Source: Balanoglossus misakiensis (lineage: Eukaryota > Animalia > Hemichordata). From it: 64,000 nt of DNA. A program made the translations under genes and the position numbers. Shown piece by piece: positions 46,901 through 59,267 of this stretch. How positions within the stretch are numbered: the stretch's first letter is position 1; each line of letters starts with the position of its first letter. The notes under the pieces were generated by a model. The model did not search any database and was not told the origin of the DNA. It saw only the letters and a list, made by a program, of their open reading frames with translations. Location of the stretch: NCBI GenBank assembly GCA_040954595.2, contig CM082589.2:124001-188000 (forward strand). Reading direction: 5' to 3'.

Positions 46901-49900
46901 AAAGCTGTGTCGTCACACTCAACAGTCCACGTGAAAGTGTTTTGGCTGGACACGTGTAACCGCACCCCATGTATAATGTTCAACCACTATGATAATTGGA
47001 AGCACGTGACACTAAACATTGACGGACAAAAGGAAAACGCAAATATTGTTGTAGACTTAATGTGGAGCTGGCGTTGGATCCTATAGACTGGGATCCGTTA
47101 TCCGTTTCCCATTAACCGCACGCTTGAGATCGCATCTGATATGCAAACCACGCTAGCCATGATTAGTAGCCGTTTATGTGCGCCCGACCACGCCGACGGG
47201 GACGCTTTCCCGAATAAGTTTTTACGGGGGTCATTTATTTCCGCGGGAGAGGGGAATATGAAGTCATTTGGTATGCAACTCTGGTGCGTTCCCCGGCCGC
47301 TTCGCAGCTGCGCAGTGCGTTATGTCTTGGGCCAATCAATGGGCGTTGATATACAGAGCGTAACTGCAGACTCAAAGAAAAGCTGAGGCCCAGTGAAAAA
47401 CGTGTTTGGGTAGCCAGCTCATACTTGCAGCTGTTACCAGAGGTGTCAGCATTACACCGCCAGGCCTGCTCCTTTTTTTCAGAATAATCTTGAAATCTCG
47501 AAAAATTGAAACATCTTGCTTTCAGCAAAAAAAGGAAAGCTAGACGCTCTGGAAATCCTGGATATGCGAAAGGGCTAGTCATGCATAGACGCAGTGACCG
47601 TGCCAATTCTTGTGAAATTTGAATCAAATGTAGGTTAGCTTCCTCTCTCTAAAGAACTCTCTGAATGGGATCCATCTATTTACAATTTATCGTCTTATGT
47701 TGTACCGTTGTTATAATAAAAGATTTGGCCGTACAAAGCACTAGAAGCCAAGACCAACTGGGTCTCATAAAGAAATAGAAGATTATTATTGTTCACTACT
47801 GTGCTGTATCCAACGGATTAAGCGGTGAAGTTTAACGACCCCGCGTCTCGGAGATTATAGTCCCTATTTTCAGAATGACTCCAGTAAAGGCGAGTGGGTT
47901 ACAGATCATGTTCATTTGCAGCTTGAGGGAAATTCGCTGGAGACGCTAATATTTTTTTCTCTTGAATAAGTCCTGGATTCGCATTTTAAACGTTTTGGTT
48001 TCTCAAACAAGCTCGACGGGTATGAGACGTCGGGAGAACGCACTAAACCGGACAGCCACGGGTAACCTAAGTACAACTGAGCATCTTTATTTCTTAATAG
48101 TAGAGACCATATGCTTTAGCAATAAAGTAATGATTAAAAAAGCCAGACACGAGTATTTTAAAAGGCTAACAATAAAACAGGTGCAATGGGTGAGACGTTG
48201 TCAGGGCAACCAACCAGAAACACTGTTTTATCGTTATAGACATATAATTAGCAAGTCAAACCATCCAGCCGCCTAGCCTAACATGAAATTAGCTACGCTC
48301 CACTGAAATATAAAAATCGTCAAAAATTACTTATCCTGATATTTGTCTTAAGATGCTATTTTCTGGTCATGAATCAGCAACAATGAGTAGGAGATAGGGC
48401 GATCAACATTGCAAGATGAATCGGGTGAAAAAAAACGCACAGTGAAAAGAAAACAATCTACTAGCGAGTTGGTTGCGTAGATACGGGATAGTCTATCTCT
48501 TATGCAAATTTCCATCATTCAAGTGAGTTTTTGATTTGGTCATCAACTTCTGAAAACGGTGTGACAAAAAGGGCCACCTTTGGACAAACGATTAAATGCG
48601 AGTATAAAAAGGCAGAAGCGGTCCATGTATTGGTGACTGATTTCGACGTACTCTGAATTCATACACTCTGACTGAACCCTATTGCTCTACAAAGAAGAAC
48701 GGCAAGGAAAACAAAAGGCGGGGAGAAAAACTGGATTGAAACTCAGAGCAAATACACGATTCAGGGTGAGTGTGCTTTGTTGTCTTTTTTCTGGATAGAA
48801 AATCGCACGATAAAAGTAATCTGGTAGCATTAATTGTCAAACCGGGTATTTTTGCTTGCATGCTGCGAGTACATTTGCAGCCGTGTTCTGCATTTAGCAA
48901 AGTGGGTTCAAATTCAGTGCCGCTCAACAAACTCTATGCAAGTTTTTCCTGCTTTTCATCCACCGCCGCCGCCATCTCCATGAAAAAGAGCACCAGACCT
49001 GTGCGTTGTTTTAATGCTTGGAAACACCGTTTGGTCTCAAAACGTTGGAAATGTAGAAAGCGATTCTTCTGGCACAAGTTTTGGTTGAGGTCAAAAGTTC
49101 ATAGTGATCGGAATCGTCTCATAATATGACATCGGTACTTTGTGGGACTTTCATAAAATGGAGTATTTGAATCTAAAAAGTGTTTCATCGAGACTGAAAT
49201 ACCATTATGGATAACTAGGATAATGTAATGCGTTTTGCAAGGTTTAGAAATTGTCTGTAACTTTGTGAACGTTGATAATACATGGGGTATATCAAGTAAT
49301 ATGCTGAATTGAAATTGCTCGTAGACTGTTAGTCCATGGTAGTAAAACTTAATATTGGTAATTTATTGTTGGTTTGGATATGCTTTCATTTTTTTCTAAA
49401 AAGGTTTGATAAGATCATTCAGTTTATGTCAAAATCAGTAGGTTAGGTTCACAATGGCCGATTCTAGTGGAAGGTGGGAATCATTAACTTCGGCATAGAA
49501 TTCAACGTTAATGCTACTCGAAATCAGTCGTGAGACAGTAACAGTCCAAACGGACAATTAATCGCCATATTCTGATGATGAACTAGCCATTTAATAGGCC
49601 CTGAAGTCGCCACTGTTTTTTCTGCAGTGAGGGTAAGCTTTTCCGGTTCAATTTAAATGCGTAATACAGTAAATTGGTTTCATCAACCACGAACGCCCGG
49701 CTAGATTCTAGACTGCACGTGAATGGGATAGATTCCGGTTACATTATTGGATAGCATGCGTGGTCACGTGTCGTGTGGAGCTCATCGAGTTTCACTGTTA
49801 TAGCATAAAAGCAGAAACTCCTAAGTCATCCTACGCGGTCAATATTTCTGCCAAAAGACCACGATGAACGAAGTCAAATTGACGAAAGATATTGCCGCCT

Positions 49901-52900
49901 GGATTGGACGTAATGTTTGTACACACGAAATTAAGCACATGCGTATAAGACGATCGCCGGCCTTTAAAAACAAAAGAGGGCGAATCGTGTTACCGCCGGC
50001 TGTCGACAAAGCGTCCCTGTATCGATCATCCTAATATGTCCGGATCGCTGTCATGACCAAATGTAGCAGATTCTCACGTGACCTAATACCAATGATAACA
50101 CAAAAACGGCCACCCAGATACTTGCATTCCGGACTTTACTGCCTCGTATTGTCACAGTTCACCAATCTGATGTTGTACGGAACGGCCCAGGTGCCCATCA
50201 TGGGGTCAACGGTCAAATGTAGATATTTTTTTCGCTTTGAATATGGCTGATTTTTCTTAAGAATTGTATTTTGAGCGAATTTAAGATTCGTTTCGTTACT
50301 ATCAAATGTCAGTCACTATTAAACCTGCAAGATTCTGAGGTTAACCAACGCTATACAATGGGGCTTGGTCCTGCAATGTTCCGTGACGAAAGTGGGCGTG
50401 TTTGGTTGGACTGAAGACAGGGAGGACATTGCACTGCGTTTAGATACACACCGGGTGACTTCAGCCACTCAAAGTATTCAAATATCCTACTTTGTTTTTG
50501 ATTATGGGTAAACTCGGTCAGGTTACTATCTATATATTACATCCCATTATTTCGGACGGACAAGTTACTGTGCCAGAGTGGAACTAATTGTGGATATATC
50601 AAAGAATGTATGTCAATCACGTTGCTGGCTATAAATACTGTCATGCTATTCTCTGAAAGGTGAAAGACCATTGTGTTTGAGCATAAGTGGTGATTTCTCG
50701 ACCGTCACGAGAGAATCAATTTACCATTCACTGCTTGGAAAGTTGCGCTGTGTGGAGATGGAAAGACCAATGACCGCTCTGGCCCAGTGCGTCGGTGATT
50801 GTAACACCTCCTCACTGTGGACGAGAGCTAAATTCCTAATACTTGGTCACTCACATGTGTGGGCAAAATCGTCACACGATTTCTAACGTAAAAATTCCCC
50901 CCTCCCCTCAATTCTAATTTGAAGGTAGTCCTTAGTACATTCTGCGCGTGTTTGAAACCTTTCATGGCATATCATGACAAAAGTATGGTATCACAAATGC
51001 AATGCTGGTGGTTGGTTACTTCGTTTTTTTTTCAGTGCCAACTTATGAATCCTTCGACTGCGATTTGTGTGCAATCCGAATCAGAATCTAACACATATGG
51101 GGCTTTGCTGCATTAATATGCGCATAATTTCAACGCCAGTAATCAACGGGCGGGGGCCCGGGGGTGCCACTCCCGTTTGAAGAAAAGTGTCATCTTTTAA
51201 AATGTATGTTGTCGTTTCAGATACATTTGCGTTTTCTCTGTTTTTGTTTTGTATGGATTATAAAGTCACTTTGTTACTTACAACGAAAGTGCGACTGGCA
51301 AGATTTGAAATTAAAATGCATTCATGCTATCTGTCCATGTTTCGAATGTTAACTTGAAATGTAGGGTTAATCTCATTCTTCAAATAGGTGTTGATGGCTT
51401 ATTGTTATGACGGGGACTTGTTAATTGGCCGCTCGTTAGCGGAATAACATTTACTGATAAATGTGCGTTCATGAAGAAGCCTGTGGTTGCAGGGAGAGGG
51501 TTTGAAGGAGATCACATCGGCTGGCGCCGTGAATGTTATAAAACACTGAGCAAAGTATCTTGCCGTTTTTTATAGAAATTGAACAGGGTCTTTGATATAC
51601 GGAAAAATATAGTGTTCGCGGATAATAAAATTACTTAGGGCTTCGTTTCTATAAATCACTACTAACATAATGTCGCCATTTAAACAATGGGCGCGAGACA
51701 GGCAAGTCTTCGATTATAATAAGACAAGTACGCTGATCGGAAATCAGTTAAGAAAACGGACTATAGTCGCGGACAAACTGCAGTGTAATGATGAAACGGA
51801 TTCTTGTCCGTTTTTCTTCTTCTTTTGAGATTATAAGTTGTGACGAGACTTAATGTGCCGTGGCGTGGGGTATCTTGCAAGTGAGGGGTCGCATCACCTT
51901 GCAGATATCTTCTCAATAGAAAATGAGAGCGTTTTCAGGTTACATGCGACTCCATTGAATATCGGCTATTGACCCTTTCAATGTCATAGTCACCTTGTCG
52001 CAATCTTCAAAAAATAAACCCACGTACTTTCTCAACATTTTTTCTCAAATTTTGATTAAGACCTGAAGACAATTATGGAGAATTGTGTCCACTTGGTCTA
52101 AAATTCAGGGAAAAGATAAGAGAAAATGGTTTAAATGTTTAAAAGTTTCACCGGCATTTGACAGACAGAGAAAATGTGGCGTTCAGAGGGTAGTCAAGTC
52201 ACAGTCGGCGCATTCCGATATAATTATCTGCTAATGTATGTCAGTAATTAGGGCTCATTTTGTCGTGTTTGACACGACAGGGGTCTGAAGGTTGCCATCT
52301 TGCATTGCACAGTAGCTAAACCGAGCGAACATACGTGTTTCCTATTTCGGTTAAACGAAGCGGAAAGCAATTATACTAATTACGTAAATAGAACATTTGT
52401 GAAATCAATATACTAGACATGGGAATCATTTGGACCAATTTGTCAAGAATAATTGATCTGAAAAGAATTTTCACCCAATTAATGAATTAATTAACCAATT
52501 CTATTAATATTTTCATGAAATGCAATTCAATTACATTTGTACTGCGGAATATTGACTATAGCATGAATTGCGTTACTGGGTGAGGGAATGAAATGTTTCG
52601 TTTCGATCTGCATCCATTGTTTAATTTGATCATCATAAGTGCCCATGTCCCCAGGAAAAATATGTTCCATTGAATCGCCGGCCGAGTCTATTCAGGTGGT
52701 GCATCACCGACTCAGGTGGATAGTTTTAAGGGCATGAAGGCAAATATTGTTTTTGTCATAAATATATGATTAATTTTATTTGGAGTTATGGCATCGGTGA
52801 GAATGGTATTGCTTGAATCAAGGTCCTTCAAGAAGGAGGGACTGCATTGTTTGAAGCAAGGAACAACAAAACTAACTTTAGCGTTTAGACATTATGAGCC

Positions 52901-55900
52901 AGTTGACTGAATCAGTTTACTCTTAGCTGATCTGAGTTCAAACAATGGTTACAGTGCCGTCAGAGAAAATTCACAAGTCTCTCATGATGCTCTGACAAAG
53001 CCTAAATATTAAACTCTCTTTACATTCTTGCCTGAAATACAGGTTATCATAAAGTCACCGTGAATGATGTGGATTCGGCTGTGTACATAGAGTGTCGCCA
53101 TGACTGACTCGTGACGCCGAAGAGACAAAATTATCCTTTATGTGAAACGCGTTTGACACCAAATTAGCCAAACGAGCAAAGTTGTGAAAGACAAATTGGT
53201 GGTAAAAAGACGTTAACAGGGTATAGTTTTAATTGAAATGCCGTCGTGTGCTGTCTCCCTGCCAGACCTGGATTGAGCCAAACGTGTAAGTGTGTCGCCT
53301 CCATTATGAGCCCATGTCTCCATAGGCGACAAATGCCATGCAGACGACAAAATGTGTGATTCCTCTTATAAAGGGCCCATTTTACATATTGTTTGTCAAC
53401 ACAACAGCGTCCCGTCAAAAATGCCGGGGAAATCTTAAAAGTCTACCTGAACACAATACAGTAAACTAAAAAATACCCCCCTTCCTTTGACCCATTTAAG
53501 CATCAGCAAAACCAATTTACGTTCGCTGGCTTTTCATGTGGTATAAACTGACTCAGCTCAACACTTGTGCGTGGATTCTGCTTGACTATGATTGTGTGAA
53601 AATGCTGCGCATGACTTTGTGATATTATTCTTGGTTCTTAATTTTACTTTTCATCCTTACGATATTTTTGACAAAAACAGGAAGCACTATCGCTTTGAAT
53701 CGTGATGAGGATTTTAGGGAATACATGAGGTCACGACGAGCGCTTTACAACACATATGGGATACTGGAGATGCTATTGTATTCGATCTGAAAGGACGCTT
53801 GTTGAATGAAACAGTGGCCGAATAAACACGCAAAGAAATTTGAAATGTCACGAGAAGGTTAATCGCATCCCGGATGACGAGACGGGTGTTTGAGAATAAA
53901 TGAATGGGTGAATAAATGAATGAATTGTAAAAGGAACACGGTATTATAAGACAGAATTGTTCAACCAGATTTTCCGCTAATTGCGAGATCTCGCGAGACT
54001 TTGTTAACTGCCGAGATACTAGAATAGGCGTAGATTACACTTTCATAAAACAAAACTTCCTATTTCACTTCCAGAGTAACCAGTAAGGGCTCAGGGCTTA
54101 CTTCTTATTTGGTTGTTACGTTATAAGTGGGCTATACTCTGTCCTCAGCAACCGTAGAAGTCGTTGGTGTGCTCAGAGACTTGAATGGGGTCATTCAACG
54201 GTAACTGTCGTGACATTTGTGTGTGCATATGATGTGTGTGGATGTCGTGGTTTGGGGAATTTCTTCAATGGGTCAAAACCGCCATGCTCAGTGTAAGCTT
54301 TATGTTCAAACAATTGCGGTTGTTGCTGGCGTTGCGTGTAGATGCTGTTAGTGCGTGGGTGAATGTTGGTCGCGACGGTAACATTATTTATTGGTGTTCT
54401 AGACTTTTGTCATGGGTCTATACAAGAAATACAGTATACACTTTCTACCCTAATACATGTACTACGGTACCACAGACCACCCCCTGCTTTCTTGTGGATA
54501 AGATTACACTGGGGTGGTAAGCACAAGAAAATTGGACACCAATCAGCGAATAACCTGGACACTTGAACCTTTTGAAGTTTGCAATCTACACTATTCGTGG
54601 AACCAGGGTCACTCCATGTTTGTAAAAGGAAGATGTTGATGACGTAGGCATGACGTCAATGCGTCATTTGCCGGGCACTTCACAAAGAGCGAATTCGCAG
54701 CTTGTTATCAACGCGCAGCTTTCAAAAGTTTCGAAATAATTTAGGCAACATGAACAAAACAATAGTTCAAATGGGATATTTCCTACTGAGTTAAAAGGAA
54801 CAATACTAGAAGCTTCTACTTCGGGATGTTTTTTTCTGGATATCAACTACAGTTTCTTTATCTAGCTACTCCCCAAAAATTGGTCGAAATACAGTTGTCA
54901 AAACGGCAACAGCAGTAAGGTTGCATTGGGAAACTTATTTTATACTCTATTCGCGAAAAGACAGGGTCGCGCCATACTCTATACTTCTATATGTTCCGAG
55001 TCCTAATTCTTTATGTTTTGGACAATATTTATTTCGATAAAATCGGCGTGAATTCGGAATTCTCAGTTTGTTCAGCAGTACACCGGAATAAATACATATC
55101 ATAGCGTTGTGGGTTTTTTACATGTCCCGCTAGTAAAACATTCCGATGGGTGGGAGGTGCATCCTTGGACGGAAATCGGATGATGTCTTTGAAGGCGCGA
55201 AAAGTTACTTCTCGCCTGTGAGTTGGCCCTCTCATTGGGACCTGAACTACTCAATATGCCCAGTGTATGTGACAAAGCGTCGTTCACACTTAGATGCATC
55301 AATGCATTCCTGGGGTTCTATTCATAAGCCATTCGCAGAAAGACTTTGCAAGTAAACGATGAAACAAAAGCAGGCGTGTTAATTGTCGGCCTGTTTAACT
55401 TCTCTTATTGAATTCAATATCTGTTAATTATTGTGTAAGGTGCTAAAATGATCATCGACAACCCAAGAAGTACCTGTCCTGACTCAGAGGGGGATAAATT
55501 TTCAAAAGCACTTCTAGTGTTGTTTCATTGCAGAATCAAAGCTCTCGGTCGGGGTCTTGGCAGTTTGTGTTAACCCCCTATATGCTGGACAATTCAACTG
55601 AAATCTTCTTGTGCTACAACTTTGTTAACTTCGCGCTTTTCCTGTCAATCCCATCAAACACTAACTTACTTTGTTTGTGGTGTACCCATGCACAGGACAC
55701 AATGGAACACGTTTGAAGTTCCAAGATTCATTCGCGGCATGTCACCGAATTTTACGTTCAACTCTAGCTGTTTGGGTTTTGGTTTCGTAGTAGTGTTTTT
55801 GCTAAGGTTTGTACCCAGGTAAATGAAAGTCAAATTGCGAATATTATTTTTTTTCTAAACCACGTGACAGTGTGGTGACATTTATGTAATGAAGCAGCAC

Positions 55901-58591
55901 ATTTTTCTGCAGAAGTTCGACCAGTCGTTTTCGAAGAAGAGTATTTGTCGCAGTGACGGCGTTGGAGAACTTCGCTTGTAACTTCAAATTTGAAATCTGA
56001 CCAAGTATGTCCTGAGTGTCGCGGCCCGGCAGGTGCAACACAAAGGTAGATGTGCCTTCGCAGTTGTCAAGTATTGCCCCACCCCAACTGGAACTGGTTC
56101 CTTGTACTTATCGGACCGACAAAACCACAAGCCAGGATATCGTTGGCGCGGCATTGACACTACAAAGAATCTCTCAGCCAAGTTGTCAAGTACCCCCACG
56201 CGACTCGGAAACTATCATGCAGGCTATCCCGATTATGAGTTCGACTTTTGAAACATCTTTAATTAAAACGTGTTTCTTGCACAACGAGCTTGTTCCTCCT
56301 GCGGTTGAATTGTCACTCATGAACCCTAAAAATTTTATCGGCCTTCTTCGAGTAGGCCAAAAATTGAGTATTTAAAGATGTATGAAAATTATATGCAACA
56401 ATTTTGTAGATTTTTACATTTTCCTCCTTAAAATCTCATGGTTGATCTGCCACACTATGTTTCGTCGACTTTTTTCAAGTGGCCGCTTTTCACAATCGAA
56501 TATCGAAAAATGCACAGCTTGCTACGAACAAACAAAACCGGACAAAAATAAAACAAACCAAGCAACACTACTCAGACCAGGGCGAGCTGATTAATCATCT
56601 TCACATTTCGTAATTTTCAATTACCTGACATCACTTCAAATCTTCAAACCCCACTTTACACACATGCACCCTCTTTCTCCTTCCTAAACAGCAGATCCGT
56701 GTTTAATATTGTCAGTTACGGCGCGTGCCACAAACAGTGATTTTGACACCATCCCGCACAACGACAGAAATCCGGGTCAAAAACTGAAGTGCCCCGTTTC
56801 ACACAAGTACGCAAAATACGGGTTCCTGGGCCAATTATAGCCCCCGTCATAAATCCGTATACCAGGGCCTACTTCACACACATCTATGAAATACGGGTAA
56901 CGGGGTTAATCGCCAAAACTTGTCAAAAATTGGCTCGATTATATACCAGCATTATACACGAAACATTTTGGTCGTTTATTGAGCATGTTAGTAAGATAAT
57001 TTACACACACATTAGTAGCTACCATGTCATCATCGACATGGTCTACTGTGGCAGCTGGACAAACTCGGACTGTTTATGGTGGTTTACAACAAATCTGAGG
57101 AACGCAACATTCTTTTACTATTAGTCTGCGACACTGAAGAAAACTTAGATAACAGGACAGCAGTTATGGGGCTATTGAACAGAAATGTCAGTAGTAAGTC
57201 TCCTCGGCGCTACACCAAAAACAAAAAATCAAGACCAAGGTGCTGCTTCAGGGGCGGAGAAGTCTTTGACAATAACATTTCGCTGTCAACTTGCAACCAG
57301 TATACCCGTCGTCACTTTCGCGTCGGAATCCCTTTGAAAACTTTAGCGGCCAAAGTTCAAACTAGTGCGCTTGCCACTTTCCCAAATGATAATATGAGAG
57401 GAAGACACTCATTTTTGGGGTTCTGCAAATTTTTAGAACATGAGAATGGAACAAGTTGACGAAGTCAGTTAATTAAAACTAAAACTTTCTTTGCATCAAA
57501 TCAAAAAGACTGAAAGCAATTATACACGTCCATGTAGACATGGTTTCGTTTTCGTTGTATTTCAAAAGCAACGCATCGCTGATACATACTTGGAAAGCGG
57601 TCAAATGTGTATAAATGATTGTAGTTATTATGCGAGTCTGGAACTTTGTACAATATATATTTTGAACGCGTTTATTTTCTTTCTATCACGAATACTGTAA
57701 CTCAATCGAAAGCCCGTCGTATTTCGATCGATGGGTTGCAGAGTAACACGCTATGAGTCTGGGTCAGTTTGCTTGTTTTTGTGCGCTTCGAACTTTCGTT
57801 GATAATGTCAGAATACTTTTTTGCGTGTTTCGCGGGGGGGGGGGGACTGTGGTCATCGATGGTTGAAGGTGACAATAAAACTTCACACACTATGTGGATG
57901 AACCGAGTATATTGTCATTTTTTGTGTGCAGAAACGTTGACGAGGAGTGTTCGACTAGATTGAATGCAATTGAAAAAAAGGGGGATGGCGATGAGATGTG
58001 CGGACAATGTCAGCTGAATGATGGTTCCCTTGAGAATCATTGATGTTTCTTCTTTTCAGTTTAAAGTAATCCCAAAAAAAACATTTGCTAACTTTGCTGT
58101 ACCCAAAACTAATCTTTACAGTAAATATCAATATGTTCGTTTGGAACATGCATGTTTGTAGGTTGAATTCCGAGGCAGTGTACATACGCGTTAATAAATT
58201 TGAGTGGTCGAATTCAAAAATACTGTATTTTTTCGGTCGAAGCTTTGACAAAAACCACGGCTCGACACTGTCTATAATTTGCATATGAATGATCTCTTTG
58301 GCTTTTGTCGCGTGTCTTCAAGAAGTTTGAAAAATTAGATGCACATGAGGAAGCGTTGATTACATTTGAATGACGGTGTCTACTGATAAAGCTAATTATG
58401 TATGCAAAAGCGTGCCGGCTATTGACAGCAACCTGTTGAGCGCACGCGCCGATTGCTTTTTCGGCCAACGAGAGGATGGAGCGTCGGGCGTCAAAGCCGC
58501 CCCCCTTTATTTCACCAAGTAGGTGCTAAGAACTGTCGCGTGTGTTGGTGACTAGTCGCGTGGTATAACAAAAGACTGAGTTACAGACCCA

Positions 58592-58754
58592 CTATATAAA
58601 AACTGCTTCAGGGTTCTAGTGACAGTACATTCTCCTTGCAGTAGTTGGAGACATCACGCTCTTTCTAGAACTGGCAACTTATTCACATATTCTTGGCACG
58701 TTATTTCCAGTTGCTCAACAGCGTTCAGAGCAATCTTCGGATTTTCGCGCAACG
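58592..58754 (+). promoter_or_regulatory. gcm TATA box and probable non-coding first exon
   Basis: CTATATAAAA at ~58593-58602, then an ATG-free segment ending in the donor AACG|GTAAGA (~58754); matching acceptor tttttcattcaccacag at 59237. Confidence 0.6.
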
Positions 58755-59267
58755 GTAAGATCAAGTTAGTGTATTTTGTTTCTTTCCAGCGACTGGATCA
58801 ATTTGGCGACTTTTTGTTTGTGCGTAACTTCACGTGTATAACCACGATCGTGGAGTGGCCGTGGTAAATGCTTCTGCGCAGACCGACTCACTGACTTCTT
58901 TGGACTCTTATGACAATACGCCTCGTTCGTTCACCTCTGTCACTTGGAATCCCGGGAACTTACGGTGAAAGAAATGCCGGTCAAACTTTTAAAAGTGGGT
59001 CACGTCGCATGTCCGGTACGTGGGCGGAGGGGTGAAATGATCGGCGTGGTTAGCTGTACTTATTCGTGGACAGTGGGGCATTATTTAAATATCAAAGTTC
59101 AGGGGACCACTGGTATAAAATACTTCGTTGGTCAACAGCGCGCTGGCACACCAGTTTCGGCACTCGTGTAGGCGCACTATCACGACGCTACAGTATTCGA
59201 TAATTAATCGAAAGCATTTCTTTTTCATTCACCACAGCAAGATTATCTCCGGAAATCCAGTCGAGTC

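Noticed and set aside
48895-48925. GGGTTCAAATTC B-box-like motif (tRNA or SINE head?)
   Set aside because: No A-box at the right spacing and no cloverleaf could be folded; no tRNA or rRNA genes were recognised in the window.
34050-58590. Dozens of 60-130 aa ORFs in the track, e.g. 47235-47627, 56016-56375, 57076-57459
   Set aside because: No recognisable domains, mostly non-ATG starts and no consistent splice chains; expected by chance.
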